DNA of 42,659 bases from an uncultured Lentisphaerales bacterium (GCA_964618405.1 CAZUAY010000001.1:1-42659), one strand, 5' to 3'; shown: positions 33,821-42,395, numbered from the stretch's first letter. Numbers and translations: made by a program. Notes: generated by a model from the letters alone, not told the origin.

Positions 33821-35446
33821 ATGTCGGGTACGTCGATGGGCTTGTCGCAGCAGATGCGACAGAAACAGGTTCTCGCGCCACAGATGAGGCAGTCCCTTGA
33901 AGTGTTGCAACTTCAGGTGCAAGACCTCTGTATGCTTGCGCAACAAGAACTCGACCAGAACCCGACGTTGGAAGCGATCGAAGAGCCCTCGATTTCCATC
34001 GAAGCTGAGCGTGAGGATTACGAAGGCGATGCGAACAAGCAGGAGCCTGATTTTGAGACGCCCGAAGCGGATCCCGAGTTTGATCGACCAACTGCAGATC
34101 CTGAGGGAGTCGAAGCAGGAAGTTCTGATCCAGCCGAACCGTTCGAAGCTGAATATTCTATCGAGTCGCAGCGTGATGATGATATCGATTCCGGATCGGA
34201 TTTTGAAGGCCATGCTGAGGATGTGCCGGATTCGGTTGAGGGGATTCCGATCGATGATTTTCGCGTGCTATCTGAACTGGATGATGCTGATTATTTCTAC
34301 CAAGACGGTGGGAACAATGAATACAATCCCGATCTTGAGGAACGCCGTCAGTTCATGTTCGACTCCATCGAAGTACATGAATCGCTGCAGGAACATCTGG
34401 TCAAGCAGCTTGAGCTCTCCGAGCTCGAGGAAGACGTGCTGCCCATTGCCGAACAAATCATCGGCAGTATTTCCGATGATGGGTATTTGCGAACACCCAT
34501 TGCGGATGTGGCTCAGGTGGTTCCTGATGCAACGATGGAGATGTGCGAACGCGTGCTCAAGGTCATTCAAGAGTTTACCCCATCCGGCGTCGGCGCTCGC
34601 GATCTGCGCGAATGTCTTTTGATTCAGCTCAATCAGCGGTCTTTGAATCGTTCGTTGGCGGCGCAGGTTGTACGGGATCACTTAGATCTTTTGGCAGCTC
34701 GCCAGCTTACGAAAATTGCTAAACTTTGTAATGTGACCCGTGAGGAAATCGAAAGCGCAATCACGGTTCTTTCGAGACTTGAGCCGCGGCCTGGCGCTGC
34801 CTTCGATAAAGTCGTACCGACATACATCGTTCCAGAAATCGATGTGCGCAAGGTTGACGGTCGTTACCAAGCCTTCGTGGAAGATTCTAACATTCCTCAT
34901 TTGCGCATTTCAAAAAAATATAGTGCGCTTCTTAAATCGGCGGATGTTCCGGAGGAGACGCGCGAGTATATTCATGGCAAGATCCGGTCGGGGATTAATT
35001 TGATCAGGAGCATTGAACAGCGCCAAGAGACGATCCGCAAGGTGGCGCAGGAGATTATCGATGCGCAGCAAGAATTTTTTGACAAAGGCGTTAGCGCGCT
35101 TCGTCCGCTGGTGATGGCTGAGATCGCGACGGCGGTCGGTGTCCATGAAACGACGGTTAGCCGTACGGTCTCGAACAAGTATATGCGATCACCCCAGGGT
35201 ATTCATGAAATGCGTTTCTTCTTCACGGGCGGCATCCCGACCGATAGTGGTGAAGCGGTGTCTAGTGAACATGTGAAGATGATTATCAAGAACATGGTTG
35301 ATGCGGAAGATCCCTTGAACCCCTTAGCTGATCAAGACATTGAAAAGCAACTCGCCGCGCAGGGCATTAACATTGCTCGTCGCACCATCGCCAAGTATCG
35401 AGGACTTTTAAAGATCCAGCCCTCGCATCTGCGGCGGCACCAATAG
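33821..35446 (+). CDS. rpoN: RNA polymerase sigma-54 factor
   Basis: 541 aa. Region I is Q/L-rich (QVLAPQMRQSLEVLQL), followed by an acidic linker. Also has the HTH and the RpoN box ARRTIAKYR. Confidence 0.95.
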   Translation: MSGTSMGLSQQMRQKQVLAPQMRQSLEVLQLQVQDLCMLAQQELDQNPTLEAIEEPSISIEAEREDYEGDANKQEPDFETPEADPEFDRPTADPEGVEAGSSDPAEPFEAEYSIESQRDDDIDSGSDFEGHAEDVPDSVEGIPIDDFRVLSELDDADYFYQDGGNNEYNPDLEERRQFMFDSIEVHESLQEHLVKQLELSELEEDVLPIAEQIIGSISDDGYLRTPIADVAQVVPDATMEMCERVLKVIQEFTPSGVGARDLRECLLIQLNQRSLNRSLAAQVVRDHLDLLAARQLTKIAKLCNVTREEIESAITVLSRLEPRPGAAFDKVVPTYIVPEIDVRKVDGRYQAFVEDSNIPHLRISKKYSALLKSADVPEETREYIHGKIRSGINLIRSIEQRQETIRKVAQEIIDAQQEFFDKGVSALRPLVMAEIATAVGVHETTVSRTVSNKYMRSPQGIHEMRFFFTGGIPTDSGEAVSSEHVKMIIKNMVDAEDPLNPLADQDIEKQLAAQGINIARRTIAKYRGLLKIQPSHLRRHQ

Positions 35447-35464
35447 CGCTTTAAGGAAAGCAAA

Positions 35465-36586
35465 ATGGAACCGATACAAAGCAGAGTTGTTCTCGACATC
35501 GATCTGAAAATTCTCGCGGAAAACTTCCGCAAAATATCGCAATCCGTATCACCCTTGAAGACCATCGTCGTCCTCAAGGCCAACGCCTACGGACTCGGCA
35601 TGATGCCAATCGCCCACGCACTTGCGGATGCTGGGGCCACCGCCATCGCAACGGCCGAAATCGCCGAAGCTCTCGCCGTCGCCGAGATCAACCTGCCGGT
35701 TATCCTCCTCGGCACCGTCTTGCCAAGCGAATTGAAATTAGCCCTGCGCGCAGGCATCCGAATTCCGGTCGCCGGGTTGGCAGAAGCGTCGATGATCAAC
35801 GAAATGGCAAGACAACTCGGCATGAAGGCGAAATGCCACATCGCCCTTGACACGGGTATGGGCCGCGTCGGCATACGCCTCGACGAGGCACTCACCATGA
35901 TCCTGCAAATAGCCGCACTCCCGCATCTCGAGCTCGAAGGTTTGTATTCTCACTTCCCATCCGCCTCTATCGAAAACGACGAGGGCACTCCGAAACAGAT
36001 CGAAGCTTTCAAGCGACTGGTCGCAGACCTGCGTGAGCGCGGCGTGTCCATCCCTTGGCTCCATATCGCCAACAGCGATGCCATCAACAACTTCCCCCCA
36101 GCGTGGCGGGCTCCATTCACGCATGTCCGCACGGGTATCAACCTCTATGGTTCTTTCGACAGCATCGGCAACCGTCGGCTGCATCTGCGCCCCGTGCTGA
36201 CGCTGCGTGCGCATCTCGCGCAAGTGCGTACGCTCACGGCGGGTAGCACCATTGGATACGGCCGCACCTTTGTCTGCCCTCGCGATATGCGCGTGGGTAC
36301 CGTAGCGGCTGGTTATGCCGACGGCATTCCCCTCGCACTCTCCAATCGCGGCAGCCTACTCATCCGGGGCCGCCTCTGTCGTGTGATCGGCCGCGTCTCG
36401 ATGGACTACACCAATGTAGCGCTTGACCCAGTCGATGACGCCGTCGCAGGCGACGACGTCATCTGCGTCGGAAGTGAAATGCCGAACGCTGCCTCGGTCG
36501 AAGACTGGGCAACGCTGAAAGGTACGCACCCCTACGAAGTCCTCTGCTCCATCGGCAGCCGCGTCCAGCGGCGCTACGTCGAGTAA
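35465..36586 (+). CDS. alr: Alanine racemase
   Basis: 373 aa. PLP-lysine motif VLKANAYGLG and a C-terminal beta domain with MDY. Confidence 0.92.
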   Translation: MEPIQSRVVLDIDLKILAENFRKISQSVSPLKTIVVLKANAYGLGMMPIAHALADAGATAIATAEIAEALAVAEINLPVILLGTVLPSELKLALRAGIRIPVAGLAEASMINEMARQLGMKAKCHIALDTGMGRVGIRLDEALTMILQIAALPHLELEGLYSHFPSASIENDEGTPKQIEAFKRLVADLRERGVSIPWLHIANSDAINNFPPAWRAPFTHVRTGINLYGSFDSIGNRRLHLRPVLTLRAHLAQVRTLTAGSTIGYGRTFVCPRDMRVGTVAAGYADGIPLALSNRGSLLIRGRLCRVIGRVSMDYTNVALDPVDDAVAGDDVICVGSEMPNAASVEDWATLKGTHPYEVLCSIGSRVQRRYVE

Positions 36587-36605
36587 TCTTCTTGCCGAGT
36601 GTTCT

Positions 36606-36632
36606 GTGCATGGGTGAACGGGGTGCAACTTG
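36606..36632 (+). repeat. REP-like unit upstream of the RAYT gene
   Basis: GTGCATGGGTGAACGGGGTGCAACTTG matches the GGTGCAACTTGCGCATGGGTGAGCGG units that are repeated downstream of the gene. Confidence 0.65.
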
Positions 36633-36696
36633 TTGGTTGATGGAACTGTGGGGTTTTGCTTGCAGTGCATTTTGAAGCGTAGTAGAATGCGGCAGT

Positions 36697-36740
36697 GTTG
36701 CAAAGCAAGTTGCATCAAGGCTGTTTACAGCCGCATCGCG
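36697..36740 (+). repeat. 44-bp direct repeat, copy 1 (5' leader of the RAYT gene)
   Basis: GTTGCAAAGCAAGTTGCATCAAGGCTGTTTACAGCCGCATCGCG. My manual alignment gives 37 of 44 identities with 37845-37888. It contains the hairpin GGCTG-TTTA-CAGCC. Confidence 0.75.
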
Positions 36741-36752
36741 AAGGAGGGAAAA

Positions 36753-37682
36753 ATGGAGCACAAGCTGCAAGGAATACGCAGCCAGTACCAAGACTACCGC
36801 GAGCCCAGCTTTTACATGGTAACGATGGCGACGTGGCAGCGGGTGCCGTTGCTCGCCACTTGCCATGCTAACACCTCATTTCCAACGGAGGACGGGCGGC
36901 TCGTCGAGGCGCTTTGGCGAGACATTCCCCGAACGTACCCGCAAGTGGAGGTTTCCACTTTTGTGCTCATGCCAGATCATTTTCACGGTATTGTCCGCGT
37001 GAAGGCGCACATGGAGAAGCCGTTGGGCGTACCGCTCAGGGCATTTAAATCTCAGGCGACAGGTGCCATCCGAAGGCGTCATGGCAATGAGACGATGGCG
37101 GTATGGACACCCGGTTACCACGATCTTTGCGTCTGGCGTCGTGGCTCTCTGGCGGCGTATACGAAATACATCCGCGACAACCCTCGGCGCTATTGCATGA
37201 AGAAGGCCGAACCTGAGTTGTTTACGCGCGAGAACAACTTGCGCCATGTGCGCTTGCCGGCGTCAGAGACTTGGGCAGGCTATGGCAATTTGTTTTTGCT
37301 TGATCGACCCGAAATGAGTTGCATTCAAATATCGCGGCGAGCATCAGAAGGTGAAATTGCAGAAACGAAGCGTTGTGTGTTGGCGGAGGTTGTACGTGGC
37401 GTGGTGGTAGTGTCTCCCTTCATTTCCCTGGGAGAGAAAGAAGTCGCAAGGGCTGTGCTAGAGAGCAAACGCGGAGATGTCATCTTGATGAAGCCAGAGG
37501 GATTCGGTCCGTATTTCAAGCCGCATGGGCACTACTTCGACCTTTGCGCACAAGGGCGCCTGCTGATTCTGGCGTGTCGCCCACCTGTTGAGGTGAAGAC
37601 CCCACTCACGCGGGATATGTGCCTCAGCATGAACGCATGGTGCAAGGCCCTTGTAGAAGGCGATGTGCTGGACCGCCTGTAA
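36753..37682 (+). CDS. REP-associated tyrosine transposase (RAYT / IS200-like Y1 HUH) with an additional C-terminal domain
   Basis: 309 aa from the ATG at 36753, preceded by the RBS AAGGAGGG. HUH motif MPDHFHGIV, then W.PGYHD and the catalytic-Tyr context YTKYIRDNPRR. Residues ~165-309 lie beyond the usual Y1 domain. Confidence 0.85.
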   Translation: MEHKLQGIRSQYQDYREPSFYMVTMATWQRVPLLATCHANTSFPTEDGRLVEALWRDIPRTYPQVEVSTFVLMPDHFHGIVRVKAHMEKPLGVPLRAFKSQATGAIRRRHGNETMAVWTPGYHDLCVWRRGSLAAYTKYIRDNPRRYCMKKAEPELFTRENNLRHVRLPASETWAGYGNLFLLDRPEMSCIQISRRASEGEIAETKRCVLAEVVRGVVVVSPFISLGEKEVARAVLESKRGDVILMKPEGFGPYFKPHGHYFDLCAQGRLLILACRPPVEVKTPLTRDMCLSMNAWCKALVEGDVLDRL

Positions 37683-37690
37683 ACAGGTGG

Positions 37691-37817
37691 GGTGCAACTT
37701 GCGCATGAGGGAGTGGGTGAGCACGGTTCCTATTGCATCGCCCGGCGTATCCCACGGTGCAACTTGCGCATGGGTGAGCGGGGTAGCCTGAGGCGGGGTG
37801 CAACGTGCGCATGAGGG
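37691..37817 (+). repeat. Three direct REP-like units downstream of the RAYT gene
   Basis: GGTGCAAC(T/G)TGCGCATG(A)GG starts at 37691, 37756 and 37797. Each holds a small palindromic core, TGCAA.TTGCG. Confidence 0.8.
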
Positions 37818-37844
37818 AGCAGGGTGGCGAGGTGTAGGAGCGTG

Positions 37845-37888
37845 GGTGCAAGGCGAGTCGCATCGAGCCTGTTTAGAGCCGCATCGCG
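37845..37888 (+). repeat. 44-bp direct repeat, copy 2
   Basis: GGTGCAAGGCGAGTCGCATCGAGCCTGTTTAGAGCCGCATCGCG, the partner of 36697-36740. Confidence 0.75.
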
Positions 37889-37945
37889 CGGATGGCGTGT
37901 AGCCAGAAAACGGCAAAAAAATTGGAAAAAACAGCTGCGAAGCTT

Positions 37946-38070
37946 GTAATCGGTCAGTGACGGGGGGGCCGTTCCCCGATGCCCATCTGGATGGGACCCT
38001 GTCGGCTCTTTCGCAGGAGCAGTACTCGCGACCAGCCACTCGCAACTCGCGACCGACTACCGCCTTCGCC
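37946..38070. repeat. Mosaic intergenic repeat locus D
   Basis: GTAATCGGTCAG at 37946-37957, G-run/C-run hairpins, and CCCATC-TG-GATGGG. Heptads from about 38023 read ACTCGCG ACCAGCC ACTCGCA ACTCGCG ACCGACT ACCGCCT. Confidence 0.7.
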
Positions 38071-38215
38071 CGTTTTTCTCTTGCCATTTTGGGGTCTAAT
38101 GCTGTATACTATTCTGGCGTTGGAGCTGACGGGCGGTTTTGTATCGCGTGAGCGCCGACGAGGAGATTAGTGCTGATGATCACAAAGCCGTTCATGCGTT
38201 CAAGAGGAAATCACG

Positions 38216-39433
38216 ATGATTAAGCGACCCGAAAGGAGCATCTCCGTATGGGGTGAATACGACGTAGCCGTTGCAGGGGGCGGCATCGCGGGTGTTGCGG
38301 CTGCATTGGCTGCGGCGCGCAATGGAGCTAAAGTATGCCTGATTGAGAAATATGCTGGCCTCGGCGGGTTAGCCACGCTGGGTCATGTGATCATTTATCT
38401 GCCGCTGTGTGATGGGCAGGGGCGTCAGGTCAGCTTCGGCATTGTTGAAGAGTTGTTGAAATTGCCGCTGCAATACAGCCCTTGCAAGCCTAATGGTGCT
38501 TGGGACTCTCCGTTGGAAGCCACTCCCGAAGCGCTTCGGAAGACGCGGTATCAGCTTCATTACGATCCTGGACCGATGTCGATCGGCCTCGATGCGGTTC
38601 TCGAGGCGGCGGGGGTGGAGATTATCTTCGATACGCTCATTGTCGATGTGGTGAAAGCTTCGAATGGAGCGATTACGCATCTCGTGGTAGAGAACAAGTC
38701 GGGTTGCGGCGCGTTTGCGGTTCAATCCGTCGTCGATTGCACGGGCGAGGCGGACGTTTGCCACCTGTGCGGCGAAGAAACCGAAACCTACACGAAGAAC
38801 GTGAGAAGTGCTTGGTATTACAATGTTGATGAAGAACGTAAGCTCACGCTCGGTTATGCGGTTGATGATTATTCGAAGGTAGATGACTATCCAGACATGA
38901 TGCGTTTTGACGGCACGGATTGGCGCTCAGTATCGCGGCAGATTATCGAGTCGCGTAAGCTGATTGTTGAAAATGTCGCGATACTCAACGAGCACCGACA
39001 GGAAACGGGCCTTTCGCCGCTGTATCCGTTCTATGTGCCCTATTTTCATGGTTTTCGTAGGACCCGCCACCTTGTCTCCGATTATGTGATGACGCCTGCG
39101 GATCTGCATCGGTGGCATGAAGACGCCGTAGGGATCTTTTCGGACTGGCGGAAGGCTGGGCCGGTCTATTCGCTACCACTGCGTTCGTTGCTGGCCGTCA
39201 AGACCCCCAATCTCGCTACGGCGGGGCGTTGTATTTCGTCGACAGGCGATACGTGGGACATCACGCGTGTGATCCCCGTTTGTGCGGTGTCTGGCGAGGC
39301 AGCGGGAACCGCGGCGGCGATGGCCGTTGTGGCGGGATGTAACCTGCGCACGCTGCCTATCGGGCTTCTGCAGTCTAGGCTTGCCCAGAACGGGGTCGTG
39401 CTCGATCCCGCTTTCGTTAAGGAAATCGCGTAG
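38216..39433 (+). CDS. FAD-dependent oxidoreductase (FAD_oxidored/GIDA-like fold)
   Basis: 405 aa. Dinucleotide-binding motif VAVAGGGIAGVAAALAAARNGAKVCLIEK, and a C-terminal GEAAGTAAA typical of this family. Confidence 0.8.
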   Translation: MIKRPERSISVWGEYDVAVAGGGIAGVAAALAAARNGAKVCLIEKYAGLGGLATLGHVIIYLPLCDGQGRQVSFGIVEELLKLPLQYSPCKPNGAWDSPLEATPEALRKTRYQLHYDPGPMSIGLDAVLEAAGVEIIFDTLIVDVVKASNGAITHLVVENKSGCGAFAVQSVVDCTGEADVCHLCGEETETYTKNVRSAWYYNVDEERKLTLGYAVDDYSKVDDYPDMMRFDGTDWRSVSRQIIESRKLIVENVAILNEHRQETGLSPLYPFYVPYFHGFRRTRHLVSDYVMTPADLHRWHEDAVGIFSDWRKAGPVYSLPLRSLLAVKTPNLATAGRCISSTGDTWDITRVIPVCAVSGEAAGTAAAMAVVAGCNLRTLPIGLLQSRLAQNGVVLDPAFVKEIA

Positions 39434-39553
39434 ACACTCGTCAAAAGCAACATCTCGTTTCCGGAGAAACAATCCGCAGCATCCCGTTTCAAATCATAGA
39501 TCGTTTATCCTTCCTCATTTCTTTTTATAGCCCACCCGAGAACCCAGAATTTC

Positions 39554-41977
39554 ATGAGCAAGTCTCCCCTCTCTTCCCGAGTCATCCGGCAAAGCCTTGA
39601 TTCGTTTTATAAAGCGAACGTCTTGTGGGCGGTATATGGCATTTGCACCTACGGCGCGCTTTATACCGGCATGCTACTTTCGCTCGGCATGAGCCAAGCA
39701 CAGATCGGCTTAATCATGGCGGTGCCGATGGTTACGCTACCCGTGCAAATTATCGGTGCTGTTTTGCAGCAACGCTATTTCAACCGAAAGCGGTTTTGGG
39801 TTACGGCACTGAGCTTCTTTATCCTGATGTTCGCCTTGATGGTTCTTCTCATCGCAATCTGGCCTGTGCTGCCACCAACGGCAGCAGTTCCGCTTTTTGC
39901 TGGCGTTTTGATTTTGTCTTATATTGGATTCCAGCTTCATCGTCCGGTGCAGCTCGCTTGGCAGACGGACATCGTGCCGGATCGCGACGTGAGCATGTTC
40001 TGGAACCGGCTCACGGCGCAGGGGATGGTCGCCAGTGTGGCCGCCGGTTTCGTCATGGGCTGGATTGCTGATAAGCTGGGACGCGACAACCGGTTGACCT
40101 TTGTGTACATCTTTGGGTTTAGTCTCATTTTTGCAGCGATGTCGCTGAGGATGAACTCGCGGGTTCCCGATCCCGATCCCGATCCCGGCGCCGAGGAGGG
40201 CATCCTCGTGAGTATCATGACGGTGCTGAAAAACAGCAACTTCCGAAGACTATCGGCCATTTTTTCAATTCAGTCGATGTCGGCATGGCTTTTCGCCGCC
40301 TTTATCTTTGTACACCTCCAGCGCGTCATGGGATTCACGATGGTGCAGATGCAGATTCTTGCGGGTGTCAGTTGCACGGTCAGTTTCGCGTCCGGTCGCC
40401 TCTTCGGAATCGTGGGCAAGCATTACGGGCGTAAACCGGTCTTGCTAATCTGCACGCTTGTAAAAAGTGTGGAGATTTTCTTGTGGGGGATCATGCGCCC
40501 AGGCGATCATTGGCTCGACCTGGCGGTTCGACAGGCGACCACCTCACTCGTGGGCGAATGGGCGACCTTGCCGACTGGGTTTGCCAGTGTCATTCCGGTT
40601 TTTATTCTAGCCGGTTTCGTTAATGTTGGCATTGCCTCGATGCAACTTGCGTTTATGCGGAATATCGGAACGCGGCACAACCAGACGCTTGCTATCAGCC
40701 TGTTTCTTTCGCTGTCTGGCGTCGTGGGCGGTGTCTCGGCGGCTATGAGCGGATGGTTCTTTAACCTGCTCGCCACGCCTGGATTTGGTCCGGATAGCCT
40801 CCGACGGTTGGCAGGGGGCTTCGGATTGACGCCGTTCAACATCTTGGCCCTTGCCAGTGCGGTCGGCTATGCGACCTGCGCGTTTTTCATTCGTTTCTTG
40901 CGCGAGGATGGTGCGGCACCGACGATGCACGTGGTGCGAATGCTTCTTGCCAACAATCCCGTGCGGGGCGTCTACCACGCCCAGTCTCTGGGCAACTCGC
41001 TTACGGAAGCCACACGGATGAATATCCTCAGCCATGCTCGTGGTGGACTGGTCGAGAGTGAGCTCGTGCGCGGTCTCTACAGTTGCTCTTCGCAGGTGCG
41101 TGATGGGGCCATGCGAAACCTTGCCAGTATGGGAGCCGAGATGGAGACGGCCGTGGCGGAGGAGCTTGTCAAGCTATTGGCCATGCCCGAGCTTGGCCTC
41201 CAAATCGAAGCAGCCAAGGCTCTGGGCCGTAGCCGCTACAAGCCTGCACTTCCTCAACTGACCGCTTTTTTTGATAATGAGGATGCTAATCTCGCCGTTG
41301 CGTCGATCTATGCCGTGGGGCTGATCGGCGATAAGTCAGTACTACGAGATCTCCGGCGCATACTTGAACTCGAGGACACGCTTCCAGTGGCGAAGGCACA
41401 AGCGGCCGAATCGTTGAGTCGGCTCTGCGACCCTAGCGACGCGAGACTCATTTTCTCCGCGTTTACGCAAAACACCAATCCTGTGCTCCTAACCCAGTCG
41501 TTGGTGTCGATTTGCCGTTGCATGGAGGACGGACCCCATGTTTACAAGGTGTTCGAGGCAGAGTTTCGAAATCCAGGAACGCTCACCGTTTCGCTTTTCG
41601 AATCCATTGCCCAGCGGTGGCAGGGTCTGGACATTGACACCATGGTCGATAGCCTCGACGGGGGGCGCTTCCATGAAGTTGCGACCTCGGCGATTTCGCC
41701 TGCACTTGAGTTTTGTCTACCCTGCGTCCGCTCGCCCGATATTCTGCCGACGCCTTTTCTTCAATCGCAGTTTCTTGAGAATGGAAGTTTTAAGGACGAT
41801 AGGCTAGAGGGTGGCGACTACGTTGCCACGAGCTTGTGGCTTCAGCTCAGGCTTTGGGCCTATCTTGAATACGCCGAGGGGGATCAAGATCGGTTTGTCC
41901 TGCTAACAATTCTTTTCCTTTGTGATCGCCTTGCTAAACGACTCGACCCTAAACATCCGCGTACACGTCCAGGATAG
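39554..41977 (+). CDS. MFS transporter fused to a C-terminal HEAT-repeat domain
   Basis: 807 aa. The first ~450 aa contain about 12 hydrophobic helices. The last ~330 aa are soluble with HEAT/PBS-lyase-like repeats (VRDGAMRNLASMG...; LQIEAAKALGRSRYKPALPQL...; NLAVASIYAVGLIGDKSVLRDL...; AKAQAAESLSRL). Confidence 0.8.
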   Translation: MSKSPLSSRVIRQSLDSFYKANVLWAVYGICTYGALYTGMLLSLGMSQAQIGLIMAVPMVTLPVQIIGAVLQQRYFNRKRFWVTALSFFILMFALMVLLIAIWPVLPPTAAVPLFAGVLILSYIGFQLHRPVQLAWQTDIVPDRDVSMFWNRLTAQGMVASVAAGFVMGWIADKLGRDNRLTFVYIFGFSLIFAAMSLRMNSRVPDPDPDPGAEEGILVSIMTVLKNSNFRRLSAIFSIQSMSAWLFAAFIFVHLQRVMGFTMVQMQILAGVSCTVSFASGRLFGIVGKHYGRKPVLLICTLVKSVEIFLWGIMRPGDHWLDLAVRQATTSLVGEWATLPTGFASVIPVFILAGFVNVGIASMQLAFMRNIGTRHNQTLAISLFLSLSGVVGGVSAAMSGWFFNLLATPGFGPDSLRRLAGGFGLTPFNILALASAVGYATCAFFIRFLREDGAAPTMHVVRMLLANNPVRGVYHAQSLGNSLTEATRMNILSHARGGLVESELVRGLYSCSSQVRDGAMRNLASMGAEMETAVAEELVKLLAMPELGLQIEAAKALGRSRYKPALPQLTAFFDNEDANLAVASIYAVGLIGDKSVLRDLRRILELEDTLPVAKAQAAESLSRLCDPSDARLIFSAFTQNTNPVLLTQSLVSICRCMEDGPHVYKVFEAEFRNPGTLTVSLFESIAQRWQGLDIDTMVDSLDGGRFHEVATSAISPALEFCLPCVRSPDILPTPFLQSQFLENGSFKDDRLEGGDYVATSLWLQLRLWAYLEYAEGDQDRFVLLTILFLCDRLAKRLDPKHPRTRPG

Positions 41978-41985
41978 TATTTTTC

Positions 41986-42025
41986 GTAATCGGTCAGGCA
42001 CAGGGGGCTGTGCCTGACCGATTAC
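41986..42025. repeat. Perfect 18-bp-arm palindrome immediately after the MFS-HEAT stop codon
   Basis: GTAATCGGTCAGGCACAG-GGGG-CTGTGCCTGACCGATTAC. The arm holds the 12-mer CTGACCGATTAC that is also found at loci A, B, D and E. There is no U-tract. Confidence 0.9.
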
Positions 42026-42395
42026 AGTCGCTAGTCGCTAGTGGCTAGTCGCTAGCACTGATCGCGGACGATTCCGGCCTCACCGAGGCCAGCCACAGGG
42101 GAGAAGTAGCGAGAAGTTGCGAGTTGCGAGTAGTGAGTTGCGAGTTGGTTACTCTTCGCTGAGCTAACGGAGAGGGGACTTTCTTGTCCCCCATTCGCAC
42201 GGGGACAGGACAGGAATGTCTCCGCTCCTGTGAGATTCGACAAAGGTAGCGACAAAGTTAGCGACAAAGTCCTCACGGCTCGCCCCAGTCTCGCCCCCAA
42301 AGGTAGAAACGGGGCATGGGGTGTCCCCATCGGAAACTACTCCCTACTCCCTACGCCCTGCTCCCATCTCTTCTTCACTGACCGATTACCATTTT
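42026..42395. repeat. Mosaic intergenic repeat locus E
   Basis: AGTCGCT heptads at 42026-42056. The 47-bp module at 42059-42105. GAGAAGTTGCGAGTTGCGAG... at 42111-42146. Hairpin GGGGAC-TTTCTT-GTCCCC at 42174-42191. CGACAAAG at a 12-bp period (42238, 42250, 42262). Hairpin ATGGGG-TGT-CCCCAT at 42316-42330. CTACTCC/CTACGCC heptads at 42337-42364. CTGACCGATTAC at 42378-42389. Confidence 0.85.

Noticed and set aside
36630-36752. Upstream start for the RAYT ORF (350-aa version)
   Set aside because: The first 41 codons lie in the repeat and leader region and are Cys/Lys-rich without any recognisable motif. The ATG at 36753 has a strong AAGGAGGG RBS 5 nt upstream.
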